From: Bacteroidales bacterium
GTDB lineage: Bacteria > Bacteroidota > Bacteroidia > Bacteroidales > UBA932
NCBI GenBank assembly: GCA_017627255.1
Contig: JAGAHD010000026.1
Coordinates: forward strand, 1 to 60,266
DNA length: 60,266 nt
Direction of reading: 5' to 3'
Below are positions 26,908-37,256 of this stretch, one piece after another. Numbering within the stretch: position 1 is the first letter of the stretch; every line of letters starts with the position of its first letter. The translations under genes and the position numbers were made by a program. The notes under the pieces were generated by a model. It searched no databases. It had not been told where the DNA came from and saw nothing but the letters and a program-made list of their open reading frames with translations.

Positions 26908-27615
26908 TTATTTCACTTTTCCATACCTCCGGTCGCGACGGGCGTATTCTTCCAGGGCCTCCCGGAAGGCTTCCTTCCCGAAGTCCGGCCACAGAAGCGG
27001 GGAAAAGTAGAACTCCGTGTAGGCACACTGCCACAGGAGGTAGTTGGAAATCCGCTGTTCTCCGGAAGTGCGGATCAGCAGGTCCGGATCAGGGATGCCG
27101 GCGGTCACCAGATACTGGCTGAACGCCTCCTGGTCCATGTCGGCAATTCCTTCCGCACCCCGCTCTGCGACTGCCCTCCTGGCCGCCTGCAGGATATCCC
27201 ACTTGCCGCTGTAGCTGAGGAAGATGACCAGGGTCATCCGGGAGCCGGAAGCCGTCTCTTCCTCCACGGCGTCAATCGCCCGGTTCAGGGACTCGTCCAG
27301 CCGGGCGCGGTTCCCCAGGACCCGCAGCCGGATCCCGTTCTTAAGCAGTGTCTTCGTCTCGTTGCGGATGGCCTCCATCATGAGTTCCATCAGGCGGTGG
27401 ATCTCACTTTCGGGGCGGTTCCAGTTTTCCTCCGAAAAGGCATAGAGCGACAGATACTTCACCCCGGCCTCCGCGGCTGCTTCCGAACAGGCGCGGACGC
27501 TTTCCACGCCGGCCGCATGGCCAAACACCCTCTCCCGGCCCCGGGCCTGCGCCCAGCGGCCATTTCCGTCCATGATAATGGAAACGTGCTGCGGAATACG
27601 GTTCATCTTATCCAT
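26908..27615 (-). CDS. uppS: Undecaprenyl/isoprenyl diphosphate synthase
   Basis: IIMDGNGRWA, YAFSEENW, RTSGEQRISNYLLWQ, RRYG. Confidence 0.97.
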   Translation of the reverse strand: MDKMNRIPQHVSIIMDGNGRWAQARGRERVFGHAAGVESVRACSEAAAEAGVKYLSLYAFSEENWNRPESEIHRLMELMMEAIRNETKTLLKNGIRLRVLGNRARLDESLNRAIDAVEEETASGSRMTLVIFLSYSGKWDILQAARRAVAERGAEGIADMDQEAFSQYLVTAGIPDPDLLIRTSGEQRISNYLLWQCAYTEFYFSPLLWPDFGKEAFREALEEYARRDRRYGKVK

Positions 27616-28432
27616 TGTTTCTCATGTCCTCGCCCCAGAACAGCCTGGACGTAAGGGCCTTCACGAACCCTGACTCGGCGAGCCGGATTCGTTTAAGCGA
27701 AAACTGTGCCATCTCGATATGGATGGTCCAGTCCTGTTCGATTTCCAGGGTCCGGTTGTCGGTCGTCATGATGGCTACACCATCCCTGCTTTCGAAAGAG
27801 ATGTCCACCTTGGCGGTCTCAGGCAGCACCAGCGGCCGTACGTTGAGGTTGTGCGGAGCGATCGGGGCAATGATCAGCACCTTGGTGTCAGGCATGCAGA
27901 TCGGCCCGCCGACGCTGAGGGAATAGGCGGTGGATCCGGAACTTGTGGATACGATCAGGCCGTCCGCCCAATAGGTCGGAAGCGTCTCCCCGTTCACGCT
28001 TACATGCACTCCGAGGACAGAGGCGCCGGAGCGGTGAACCGCCACCTCATTGACCGAATAAGGCAGCATGCCGATGCTTTTGCGGGCACCGGGACCCTTG
28101 AGCGTGGCATTCAGCACAGTCCGGTATTCGATACTGAATTCGCCTTCCATCAAGGCTTTCAGGACGGCGTCCGGCCGGTTCTCGCACAAGAAGCCGATCC
28201 GCCCGAAATTGACGCCCAGGATGGGCAGGCCGATATCGGAGACTACATGCGCAGCCGAAAGGAACGTGCCGTCACCGCCCATCGACAGCACAAGGTCCGT
28301 CTCCGGACGGACGTCCGCCTTGCTGCGGATTTCATACAATTCGTAGGAAGCCGCTTCGAGTTCGGAAATCAAGTCGAGCATCTGAGGATTCTCACGCAAT
28401 TCCTCTTTCAGGATGAAATAGCCTATTTTCAT
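27608..28432 (-). CDS. nadK: NAD(+)/NADH kinase
   Basis: GGDGTFL, GRIGFL, NE, DGLIVSTSSGSTAYSLSVGGP. Confidence 0.96.
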   Translation of the reverse strand: MKIGYFILKEELRENPQMLDLISELEAASYELYEIRSKADVRPETDLVLSMGGDGTFLSAAHVVSDIGLPILGVNFGRIGFLCENRPDAVLKALMEGEFSIEYRTVLNATLKGPGARKSIGMLPYSVNEVAVHRSGASVLGVHVSVNGETLPTYWADGLIVSTSSGSTAYSLSVGGPICMPDTKVLIIAPIAPHNLNVRPLVLPETAKVDISFESRDGVAIMTTDNRTLEIEQDWTIHIEMAQFSLKRIRLAESGFVKALTSRLFWGEDMRNNG

Positions 28433-28513
28433 GTCGATTTTTCAATTCAGCCGCCAAAAATAACACTTTAATTATAAATTTCACTAATTTTGTCCTGAAT
28501 AAATGCGCATTTT

Positions 28514-29233
28514 ATGACCAGACTCAGCGTAAACATCAACAAGATCGCCACCCTGCGCAACGCACGGGGCGGTCAGTTGCCCGATGTGACCCGGGCTGCC
28601 CTTGACTGCGAACGGTTCGGCGCCCAGGGCATCACGGTCCATCCCAGACCGGACGAAAGGCATATCCGATATAGCGACGTCCGCACGATCCGCCCTTTGA
28701 TCACCACCGAATTCAATATCGAAGGCAACCCCATACCATCCTTCATCGACCTGGTTTGTGAAGTGGTCCCCGACCAAGTCACGCTGGTGCCCGACGCCCG
28801 GGATGCCATCACCTCCAACGCAGGATGGAACACACTCAAACACAAGGACTTCCTGACCGAAGTCTGTAAAGAATTCTCCTCCAAGGGCATCCGGACCTCC
28901 ATCTTCATCGACCCGGATCCCGACATGGCGGAAGGAGCCGCCGCCTGCGGAGCCGACCGGGTGGAACTCTACACGGCCGACTATGCAGCGGAGTATCCGC
29001 TGGATCCCGACATCGCCATTGCCCGCTACCTTGAAACGGCGAAGGCCGCCCGCAGCTGCGGACTGGGCCTCAATGCCGGACATGACCTGTCCCTTGTGAA
29101 TCTTGCCTGGTTCGTCCGGACCATTCCGTGGACCGACGAAGTTTCCATCGGGCATGCCCTCATCTGCGACGCCCTGTACATGGGCCTTCATCAAACAATT
29201 CAGGCTTATTTGTCGGAAATCCGTAAAAAATAG
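28514..29233 (+). CDS. pdxJ: Pyridoxine 5'-phosphate synthase
   Basis: [39 protein letters not shown]. Confidence 0.97.
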   Translation: MTRLSVNINKIATLRNARGGQLPDVTRAALDCERFGAQGITVHPRPDERHIRYSDVRTIRPLITTEFNIEGNPIPSFIDLVCEVVPDQVTLVPDARDAITSNAGWNTLKHKDFLTEVCKEFSSKGIRTSIFIDPDPDMAEGAAACGADRVELYTADYAAEYPLDPDIAIARYLETAKAARSCGLGLNAGHDLSLVNLAWFVRTIPWTDEVSIGHALICDALYMGLHQTIQAYLSEIRKK

Positions 29234-29282
29234 TTACTTTTGCAGATTAAACCGAATTAGCTGATATTTTAAACAATTCATA

Positions 29283-29900
29283 ATGAAAAAGACTACCCTT
29301 TTCTTCAGCGCCCTGGCCGTCCTGGCGGGCGTCACGTTCACCGGCTGCAATAACAACACAGCTACCAACGCCACCCCTGTCCAGTCGGATTCCACAGCTA
29401 CCGCCGGCAGCATTGTCTATTTCAATATCGACAAGATCATGGAAAGCTATGACATGGCCAACGACCTCCGTTCCGTGGTCGAGACCAAAGTCAGCGGCAT
29501 CCAGTCTGAAATCGACCGCCGCGGCAACAAGCTCCAGAAAGATGCCAACGATTTCCAGAACAAGGTGGACAAGGGCCTGCTGACCACTTCCGTCGCCAAC
29601 GCCCAGTACCAGAAACTCCAGCAGCAGCAGAACGAATACCAGCAGTACGCTGTCCGCAAGCAGCAGGAAATGGCCGAAGAGCAGCAGGTCATGCTGAACC
29701 AGATCATGAACGCCATTGCTGAATTTGTCGAGCAGTACAATGCCCAGAAGCAATACGCTCTCATCCTGACCACCTCCGGCGACATCCTGCCCGCTCCCGT
29801 CGTGACCGGCAGTCCGGCCCTCGACATCACGGATGAACTGCTCGCAGGACTCAACGAAGCCTACGTGAAGACCAAGGCGGAGACCCCCGCCAGCAAATAG
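29283..29900 (+). CDS. OmpH/Skp family lipoprotein
   Basis: Lipobox FTGC, IVYFNID, Gln-rich coiled coil, LDITDELLAGLN. Confidence 0.85.
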   Translation: MKKTTLFFSALAVLAGVTFTGCNNNTATNATPVQSDSTATAGSIVYFNIDKIMESYDMANDLRSVVETKVSGIQSEIDRRGNKLQKDANDFQNKVDKGLLTTSVANAQYQKLQQQQNEYQQYAVRKQQEMAEEQQVMLNQIMNAIAEFVEQYNAQKQYALILTTSGDILPAPVVTGSPALDITDELLAGLNEAYVKTKAETPASK

Positions 29901-29906
29901 TTTTTG

Positions 29907-31028
29907 ATGAAAATCGCCATACTGTCCAGTTTCTATCCCCTGAGGGGAGGCATTTCCCAGTTCAATGCGAGCCTGCTCGAAGGTCTGGGACGATTCCATG
30001 ATGTCAGGGCCTACCGCTTCAGGCGGCAGTATCCTGAGATCCTGTTCCCCGGGAAAACGCAGTATGTGACTCCTGACGATGAGGCCGTACCGGTAGCGAG
30101 TGAAGCGCTGCTGGATACGGCCAATCCGTTTTCCTACGGAAAGACGGCCCGGACAATCCGCAAGTGGCAGCCGGACCTGCTCATCATGAAATACTGGATG
30201 TCCTGGTTCGCCCCTTCCCTGGGATGGGTGGAACGTCATGTGGGCCCACAATGCAAGGTGGTTTCCATCCTGGACAATGTCATCCCGCATGAGCCGCACT
30301 GGTTCGACAAGCCGCTGACCCGGTATTTCCTGCGGGGTTGCGACGGATTCGTCACCCTGTCCCAAAGCGTCACGGACGACCTGCTGCGCCTGCAGCCAGG
30401 TGCCCGGTACACCCTCCTGCCCCACCCCCTTTATTCCCATTTCGGACCCAGGCTGGAGCGGAAGGAAGCAGCAGCCGCCCTGGGGATCGACCCGACGAAG
30501 AAAACCCTCCTTTTTTTCGGGCTGATCCGGGATTACAAGGGCCTCGACATCCTGCTGGAAGCTTTCCGGAACCTGCCGGAAGACTACCAGCTCGTCATTG
30601 CAGGCGAACCGTACGGATCCTTTGACAAATACCGGGAACTGATTGATTCGATCCCCGGCCGTGACCGGATCCGCGTCTTTCCGGACTATATCCGCGATTC
30701 GGAAGTCAAGAAGTTTTTCTCGGCAGCCGACGTCACCGTCCTCCCCTACCGGAGCGCCACCCAGAGCGGAATCAGTTCGGTTTCCTACCATTTCGAGGTG
30801 CCGATGATCGTTACCGACGTAGGCGGCCTGAAAGGAACCATCGGAGACCGCGGGACAGGCATCGTCGCCCCCGTGCCCCGGCCGGATGCCATCCGTGCCG
30901 AAATCCTCCGCTATTTCGCCGACCCTTCCGTCCGGGAGGGTTGCGTAGAAGCCATCCGCCGCGAAAAGGACCGCCTGTCCTGGGACCGTTTCTGCCAGGA
31001 CCTGACGGCCTTTGCCGAGCGGCTTTAA
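29907..31028 (+). CDS. Glycosyltransferase family 4
   Basis: YPLRGGI, LFFGLIRDYKGLD, VLPYRSATQSG, VTDVGGL. Confidence 0.92.
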   Translation: MKIAILSSFYPLRGGISQFNASLLEGLGRFHDVRAYRFRRQYPEILFPGKTQYVTPDDEAVPVASEALLDTANPFSYGKTARTIRKWQPDLLIMKYWMSWFAPSLGWVERHVGPQCKVVSILDNVIPHEPHWFDKPLTRYFLRGCDGFVTLSQSVTDDLLRLQPGARYTLLPHPLYSHFGPRLERKEAAAALGIDPTKKTLLFFGLIRDYKGLDILLEAFRNLPEDYQLVIAGEPYGSFDKYRELIDSIPGRDRIRVFPDYIRDSEVKKFFSAADVTVLPYRSATQSGISSVSYHFEVPMIVTDVGGLKGTIGDRGTGIVAPVPRPDAIRAEILRYFADPSVREGCVEAIRREKDRLSWDRFCQDLTAFAERL

Positions 31029-31038
31029 ATTGAATGCC

Positions 31039-32877
31039 ATGAAAAGAATCCTCCTCCTCGCGGCAGTCCTCTGCCTCGCCTCCAGAGCGGGCGTGCAAGC
31101 CCAGGATTATGAGCCCGTTCCCGTCAAAGTCAGTACCGAGAAGGTCCGGCTCGACGGGAAGGTCCTGTATTTCCATCCCGTGCAGGAACGCCAGACCCTG
31201 TACGGCATCGCCAAGGCGTACAACGTGACCATCGAGGAAATCTATTCGGTCAACCCCTCTCTGGAGACAACCGGCCTCCAGAAAAACAGCATCATCCTGA
31301 TCCCGGTCATTGACGGCCGTTCCGAACCCGTCGATCCCAATATCTCCTACAAGGAACACACCGTCCGCTGGTTTGAAGACCTTGAAGACATCGCCAAGGC
31401 ATATGGGGTCACCTCGTCCCAGATCATGAGCCTCAACGGGCTGACCTCCCCGAAAGTCAAGACCCGCCAGGTCCTCCGGATTCCGGTTCCGGTATCTTCC
31501 GCCACATCCGGAGAGTCTTCCGTCACCCCGCCGGTCAACCTCCCGGACATCAAGGATCCAGAAATCCAGGATCCCGATCTTGCCGACGCCGGCTCTTTCA
31601 AGCCGATCGTGCTTGACAACCTGCGGGTCGAGAAGGCAAAAACCGTGGACAAGGCGGTCCCCGTGGAGCTTCCGGTAATCGCCGACCCGGACATCAAAGA
31701 TCCCGAGATGCTCGATCCCGGCACGTTCCAGCCGGTTACGGTTCAGCCGGTCAACGTGGATGAAGTCGTAGCCCGGACGGAAGATGAAGACAGCGATGAC
31801 GGCAAGAAATCCATCTTTGGCGACCTTTTCGGCTGGCTGAACGGGAAAAGCACCGTCAACATGGCCCTCATCCTTCCGCTGAACGCCTCCGGCAAGGTAA
31901 GCGAGTCCAACATGGATTTCTATTCCGGTGTCCTGATGGCTCTCCGCGACCTGGAGAAGGAAGGGGTCAGCACCAACCTCAACGTCTACGATTCCCATGC
32001 CGGGATCCCTTCTTCGGAAGTCCTGTCCCGGAACGATTTCATCCTCGGTCCGGTCGCTGTCAGGGACCTTACCACTGTCCTGGAAAGGGTCAACGGCCAT
32101 GTACCGGTCGTCTCCCCGCTGGACCAGAAGGCGTCCACCCTGGCGGATACCCATTCCAATTTCATCCAGGCACCTTCTTCCACGACTTCCCAGTATGAAG
32201 AACTTGTCGGCTGGATCGCCTCCGGAAAACGGTCCGGTGACAAAGTCGTCTTCATCACCGAAAAAGGCTCAAAGAGCCCTGCACCGGCCATCGGCATCCG
32301 AAGCGCCCTCCTGGCGGCCGACCTGGAGCACGAAGGCATCAGTTACACCCTTTCAGAAGGCCGAAGCATCCAGAACACCCTTGCAGCCAGGATGGTCAAG
32401 GGGACGACCAACCACGTGATCGTCGGCTCCGAGAACGAGGCGTTCATCGGGGACCTGATGCGCAACATCGGCCTGCTGCAGGGAAAGGGATATGATATCA
32501 CGCTCTATGCCCCGTCCAGGGTCCGCTCCTTCGACACCGTGGACGGCAGCACCTTCCACAAGAGCCGCCTCCACATCGCCCCGTCCTATTTCGTGGACTA
32601 CGGCGATCCGGCCGTAAAATCCTTTATCCGTGCCTACCGGGCCCTGTACCGGACCGAACCCAGCCAGTTCGCCCTTCAGGGATATGATACGGCCCGTTAT
32701 TTTGTCAGCCTGTGCTCCAAGTACGGCAACCGCTGGACCCGCCAGCTGGAAGCCGTTCCCTCAGAAGGCCTCCATACCGATTTCCGCTTTGTCAGAAGCG
32801 GTTCCGGCTACATGAACACGGCCGTTCGCCGTGTCATTTACAACACTGATTACAGTACTGAAATGGTCAGGAAATAA
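31039..32877 (+). CDS. LysM-domain protein with C-terminal periplasmic-binding-protein type 1 domain
   Basis: Signal peptide; two LysM-like repeats (QTLYGIAKAY; EDLEDIAKAY); ALILPL, DFYSGVLMAL, ILGPV, ALQGYD. Confidence 0.85.
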   Translation: MKRILLLAAVLCLASRAGVQAQDYEPVPVKVSTEKVRLDGKVLYFHPVQERQTLYGIAKAYNVTIEEIYSVNPSLETTGLQKNSIILIPVIDGRSEPVDPNISYKEHTVRWFEDLEDIAKAYGVTSSQIMSLNGLTSPKVKTRQVLRIPVPVSSATSGESSVTPPVNLPDIKDPEIQDPDLADAGSFKPIVLDNLRVEKAKTVDKAVPVELPVIADPDIKDPEMLDPGTFQPVTVQPVNVDEVVARTEDEDSDDGKKSIFGDLFGWLNGKSTVNMALILPLNASGKVSESNMDFYSGVLMALRDLEKEGVSTNLNVYDSHAGIPSSEVLSRNDFILGPVAVRDLTTVLERVNGHVPVVSPLDQKASTLADTHSNFIQAPSSTTSQYEELVGWIASGKRSGDKVVFITEKGSKSPAPAIGIRSALLAADLEHEGISYTLSEGRSIQNTLAARMVKGTTNHVIVGSENEAFIGDLMRNIGLLQGKGYDITLYAPSRVRSFDTVDGSTFHKSRLHIAPSYFVDYGDPAVKSFIRAYRALYRTEPSQFALQGYDTARYFVSLCSKYGNRWTRQLEAVPSEGLHTDFRFVRSGSGYMNTAVRRVIYNTDYSTEMVRK

Positions 32878-33800
32878 TGGAAAAGATTCGTTGCCTCATC
32901 CTCGGCGGCGGCCCTGCCGGATTTACGGCCGCCATCTACGCCTCCCGCGCCAACCTTTCTCCGGTGCTCTACGAGGGCATCCAGCCGGGCGGACAGTTGA
33001 CTACGACGACCGTCGTGGAGAATTTCCCGGGATTCCCGGGCGGAGTCGATGCCAACACCCTCATGGACTCCATGCGGGAGCAGGCCCGCAGTTTCGGCGC
33101 CGACATCCGCAGCGGCGTCGCCACGGAAGTTGACCTGTCCGGACGTCCTTTCAAAGTCGTCATCGACGGGGAGACCGCCCTGGAAGCGGAGACGCTCATC
33201 ATCGCCACCGGTGCCACCGCCCGGTATCTCGGCCTTCCTTCCGAAGAGAAATACAGGGGATCCGGCGTTTCCGCGTGCGCAACTTGCGACGGCTTCTTCT
33301 TCCGCAAGCGGACGGTTGCCGTCGTCGGCGGCGGAGATACGGCCTGTGAAGAGGCGCTCTACCTCGCCGGTCTCGCCAAGAAAGTGTACATGATCGTCCG
33401 GCGGGATGTTTTCCGCGCTTCGAAGGCCATGCAGGAGAAAGTATTCAAGACAGAGAATATAGAAATCCTGTGGAACTGCAATACGAAGGAAGTGTTGGGA
33501 GACGGTTTCGGCGTGACCGGAGCCCGGCTGCTGCGCAAGGATGGCACTGAGTTTGATATACAGATTGACGGATTTTTCCTGGCCATCGGCCACCATCCCA
33601 ATTCGGAGCTTTTCATGCCCTGGGTGGAAACCGACGCGGCCGGATATATCGTCACCGAAGGCAAGAGTTCCCGGACCCGCGTACCGGGAGTCTTCGCTGC
33701 TGGCGACGTGCAGGACCCTCTCTACCGGCAGGCCATAACGGCCGCCGCCTCCGGCTGCGCTGCAGCCCGGGACGCAGAGAAGTTCCTCCTTGAACAATAA
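32877..33800 (+). CDS. trxB: Thioredoxin-disulfide reductase
   Basis: GGGPAG, GGQL, ENFPG, CATCDG, VFAAGDV. Confidence 0.97.
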   Translation: MEKIRCLILGGGPAGFTAAIYASRANLSPVLYEGIQPGGQLTTTTVVENFPGFPGGVDANTLMDSMREQARSFGADIRSGVATEVDLSGRPFKVVIDGETALEAETLIIATGATARYLGLPSEEKYRGSGVSACATCDGFFFRKRTVAVVGGGDTACEEALYLAGLAKKVYMIVRRDVFRASKAMQEKVFKTENIEILWNCNTKEVLGDGFGVTGARLLRKDGTEFDIQIDGFFLAIGHHPNSELFMPWVETDAAGYIVTEGKSSRTRVPGVFAAGDVQDPLYRQAITAAASGCAAARDAEKFLLEQ

Positions 33801-33809
33801 AAGACCGAC

Positions 33810-34700
33810 ATGATGCAATTCAGGACCGTTGCGGTCGCTGCCGGCGTGCTTTTCGCTGCCATGACCGCCTGCAAATCCCAGTACGACACGCTGCTGGGTT
33901 CCAACGATGTGGACGCCAAGTATGAGGCGGCCATGGACTATTTCAACAACCGCAAATACCAGAAGGCCGCCCAGTTGTTCGAATCGCTGGCTGTGCTGAC
34001 CAACGGAACGGAGCGGGACGACACCGTCCAGTATTACTGGGGACTGTCCAACTACCGCAACAAGGATTACTATACCGCCCAGTCCAACTTCGAGAAATTC
34101 CTCGGGGTCTTCCCGCGGAGTCCGTTTGCCGAAGACGCCAGTTTCCTCCGTCTCGACTGCATGTACCGCGCTACATACCGGTACGAACTGGACCAGACGC
34201 CCACCCGTACCTGCCTGGCGGCCATCCAGGAGTATGTCCGGGAGTATCCCGGCAATCCCGCCCATCTGGAGGCCTGCCGCCAGATGATGGTTGACCTGAA
34301 CGAGCGGCTCGACCACAAAGCCTACGAATCCGCCCGCCTGTACTACAAGATGGAAGACTACATGGCGGCCCGGGTAGCGCTCCGGAACGTACTCAAGGAC
34401 AATGCGGACAATGTCTACCGGGAGGAAATCCTCTACTATACGGCCATGTCCTCCTATCACTATGCCCGCCTGAGTGTTCCCGCCCGCCAGAAAGAGCGTT
34501 ACCTCACCTTTGTGGACGACTACCTGAATTTCATCGGTGAAATGCCGGAGTCCAAGTACCGGCGGGAACTGGACGTCATGTATCGACGGGCCCAGAAGGC
34601 CCTCGGCCGCTATGAAGGCACCGACGAGGAACTCGACCTCAAGGCCAAGGATTTTGAACGGGAACGCAAAGCCATGGAGCAGGAATCGAAAAAAAAATGA
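33810..34700 (+). CDS. bamD: Outer membrane assembly lipoprotein BamD
   Basis: Lipobox MTAC, TPR helices, YELDQTPT; upstream of rpoZ as in other Bacteroidota. Confidence 0.92.
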   Translation: MMQFRTVAVAAGVLFAAMTACKSQYDTLLGSNDVDAKYEAAMDYFNNRKYQKAAQLFESLAVLTNGTERDDTVQYYWGLSNYRNKDYYTAQSNFEKFLGVFPRSPFAEDASFLRLDCMYRATYRYELDQTPTRTCLAAIQEYVREYPGNPAHLEACRQMMVDLNERLDHKAYESARLYYKMEDYMAARVALRNVLKDNADNVYREEILYYTAMSSYHYARLSVPARQKERYLTFVDDYLNFIGEMPESKYRRELDVMYRRAQKALGRYEGTDEELDLKAKDFERERKAMEQESKKK

Positions 34701-34757
34701 AACCTCTTCCCAAAAAGGCAAGTAATATTATAATGGATAGATAAATTTGACTGTATA

Positions 34758-35099
34758 ATGGATAACAAGAAGAAAGTTCCCAACAATACCATCACCCGGG
34801 ACATCAAGAATCTCGCCGCCCCTACCGGAAACATCTATGAATCCGTCGTCATCCTGTATAAGCGTGCCAACCAGATCGCTGCGGCTGAGAAGAAGGAACT
34901 GACCAAGAAACTGGAAGACTTCCGCAACGACCGTGACACCATGGAGGAAGTGTTCGAGAACAAGGAGCAGATCGAAATCTCCAAATACTATGAGCGCCAG
35001 CCGAAACCGGACCTGGTTGCCATTTCCGAATTCGAGAACGGTGAGTTGTATTACCGCCGGGCCCAGAGCGAGAACCCGATCGACATCAAGGGAGAATAA
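34758..35099 (+). CDS. rpoZ: RNA polymerase omega subunit (Bacteroidota type)
   Basis: TGNIYESVVILYKRANQI, EEVFENKEQIEISKYYE. Confidence 0.92.
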   Translation: MDNKKKVPNNTITRDIKNLAAPTGNIYESVVILYKRANQIAAAEKKELTKKLEDFRNDRDTMEEVFENKEQIEISKYYERQPKPDLVAISEFENGELYYRRAQSENPIDIKGE

Positions 35100-36754
35100 T
35101 GCTCCGCAGCCTCCACGTCGAGAATTACGTACTGATTGACTCTCTGGATATCTCTTTTCCGGAGGGTCTCGTCATTATAACCGGACAGACCGGCGCCGGC
35201 AAGTCCATCCTGCTGGGTGCACTGGGGCTGGCACTGGGTGGGAAATCGGAGGCGTCGCTGATCGGTACGCATGGGGAGACGTGTGTGGTAGAGGCCGGCT
35301 TTACCTTCGGAGAGGATCCCCTCCTGAAGGAAAAACTCCGGGAAAACGACATCGAAGATACCGGAGCCCTGCTGATCCGGCGCGTTGTCAACCGCAGCGG
35401 ACGTTCCCGCAGTTTCGTCAACGACGAGCCGGTATCCCTGCCAGTGCTGCAGGACCTGGCAGGACGGCTGGTCGACATCCATTCCCAGCACCAGACCCTC
35501 CGGATCGCAGACCCCTCTTTCCGCCTGTCCCTGCTGGACCACCATGCCGGCAACGGGCAGCGCCTGGCAGCATGCCGGGAGGCCTGGAGCACCTGGCAGT
35601 CCACCCGGAAGGAACTCGATTCCGTATCCCGGAGACTCTCGCAACTGGAGGAGGAAAAAGACTACCATGAGGCCCAGTTCCGCCGTCTTGACGAAGCCCA
35701 CCTCCGCGAGGGCGAACTCGAAGAACTGGAGGAGGAACAGAAACAACTCGCCCATGCCGAAGAAATCAAGGAACTGCTATGCACCGCTGAATCCTTGTTC
35801 TTCCCCGAAGATGAGAGGGAACCCCTGACCCGTCAGCTCAAGGAAGCCGGCAAACTCCTGGAGCGCTGTTCCCGGTTTATCCCTTCGCTGGAGCCGCTCT
35901 CCGGCCGGCTGGAATCCGCCCGGCTGGAACTGGAAGACATCGCCGACGAAGTGGCCGCGGTGAATGCCCGGGTGGATGTATCTCCCGAGCGCCTGGAGCA
36001 AGTCGAAGACCGCATGTCCCTCCTGTACGACCTTTTGAAAAAACACGGAGTCCGCGAGATTCCGGAACTGATCGCCATCAGGGAGGAACTCTCCGGAGCC
36101 CTTTTCGACGCCACATCGCTCCAGTCCCGCAAGGAAGAACTTGAAAAGACCTGCAGGAAGGCCGCTGCAGCATATTCCCAGGCCGCAGACAGCCTCCACC
36201 AAGCCCGCCTGGACGCCGCACAGGGATTCTCCGAAGCTGTGGCCGGATCGCTCCGGTTCCTGGAGCTTCCCCATGCCGTTTTCCATGTGGAAGTGGCTCC
36301 GGCGGCGGAAGGCCCTTCCGGAAAGGACCTCGTCCGGTTCCTGTTCTCCTCGACTGGAGAAACGCCCGCAGACGTCTCCAAGGTAGCATCGGGCGGTGAA
36401 CTTTCCCGCATCATGATCAGCCTGAAGGCCATGATGGCCCGCTATGCAGAGATGCCCACGCTCATTTTCGATGAAATCGACACCGGTGTGTCCGGAAGTG
36501 TCGCCGACCGGATGGGATCGATGATCTGCGACATGGGACAAGACATGCAGGTATTCGCCATCACGCACCTTCCGCAGGTTGCTGCCAAGGGAGAGGCCCA
36601 TTACCTCGTCAGCAAGGAAAAAGATGTCACCTCGATCCGCAGGCTCACCCAGGAAGAGCGGGTCCGCGAGATTGCGCGGCTGCTCAGCGGAGAGGTCATC
36701 AGCGATGCGGCTGTCGCCAACGCAGAAGCCCTTCTAGGGCTCTCTCTCCTATAA
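35099..36754 (+). CDS. recN: DNA repair protein RecN
   Basis: TGQTGAGKS, DIHSQH, SGGELSR, FDEIDTG, ITHLPQVA. Confidence 0.97.
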   Translation: MLRSLHVENYVLIDSLDISFPEGLVIITGQTGAGKSILLGALGLALGGKSEASLIGTHGETCVVEAGFTFGEDPLLKEKLRENDIEDTGALLIRRVVNRSGRSRSFVNDEPVSLPVLQDLAGRLVDIHSQHQTLRIADPSFRLSLLDHHAGNGQRLAACREAWSTWQSTRKELDSVSRRLSQLEEEKDYHEAQFRRLDEAHLREGELEELEEEQKQLAHAEEIKELLCTAESLFFPEDEREPLTRQLKEAGKLLERCSRFIPSLEPLSGRLESARLELEDIADEVAAVNARVDVSPERLEQVEDRMSLLYDLLKKHGVREIPELIAIREELSGALFDATSLQSRKEELEKTCRKAAAAYSQAADSLHQARLDAAQGFSEAVAGSLRFLELPHAVFHVEVAPAAEGPSGKDLVRFLFSSTGETPADVSKVASGGELSRIMISLKAMMARYAEMPTLIFDEIDTGVSGSVADRMGSMICDMGQDMQVFAITHLPQVAAKGEAHYLVSKEKDVTSIRRLTQEERVREIARLLSGEVISDAAVANAEALLGLSLL

Positions 36755-36803
36755 ACATGAATCAATTTTGAATTTTTCAAAATTGATGCTATCTTTGTTG
36801 TCT

Positions 36804-37256
36804 ATGGCTGCTCAAAACAATACCATGCCCTCCCCGGAAGTATTCCGCACATTGCTGCGCCGCCACCATCTGAAGGCTACACGGCAGCGCATGGCGGTCC
36901 ATGACGTAATGATGGCTCTTGGGCATGCCTCCGCCGATATGGTCACGGAGGAACTTCAGCAGCGGGGCACCAAAGTTACGGTTGCATCCGTCTACAACAT
37001 CCTGTCCCAGCTGGCCGACCTCCGCATTTATAGCCGACGCCTCAGCGCAAACAACAAGATGTATTTCGACATCAACACCTTCCGTCACATGCACCTGTAC
37101 GACCGGGAGAACCATCGGTACCGCGACGTGATCGACGAAGAACTCATGGAACTGGTCCATTCCCACTTGAAGCGCCGGAAGTTCAAGGGGTTCACTGTCG
37201 AAGACATCGATATCCAGCTGATCGCCCGTCCCACCCGCAAGTCTCGTATCGCATGA
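36804..37256 (+). CDS. Fur/PerR family transcriptional repressor
   Basis: LKATRQR, HASAD, ASVYNIL, HMHLYD. Start at ATG 36804 after TATCTTTG at 36790-36797. Confidence 0.88.
   Translation: MAAQNNTMPSPEVFRTLLRRHHLKATRQRMAVHDVMMALGHASADMVTEELQQRGTKVTVASVYNILSQLADLRIYSRRLSANNKMYFDINTFRHMHLYDRENHRYRDVIDEELMELVHSHLKRRKFKGFTVEDIDIQLIARPTRKSRIA

Noticed and set aside
24268-27654. 1128-aa + strand ORF and many other long antisense ORFs (e.g. 8080-9465, 29247-31040, 32850-34721, 55790-57685)
   Set aside because: They lie opposite clearly recognisable genes and have no motifs; shadow frames are expected from high-GC codon bias.
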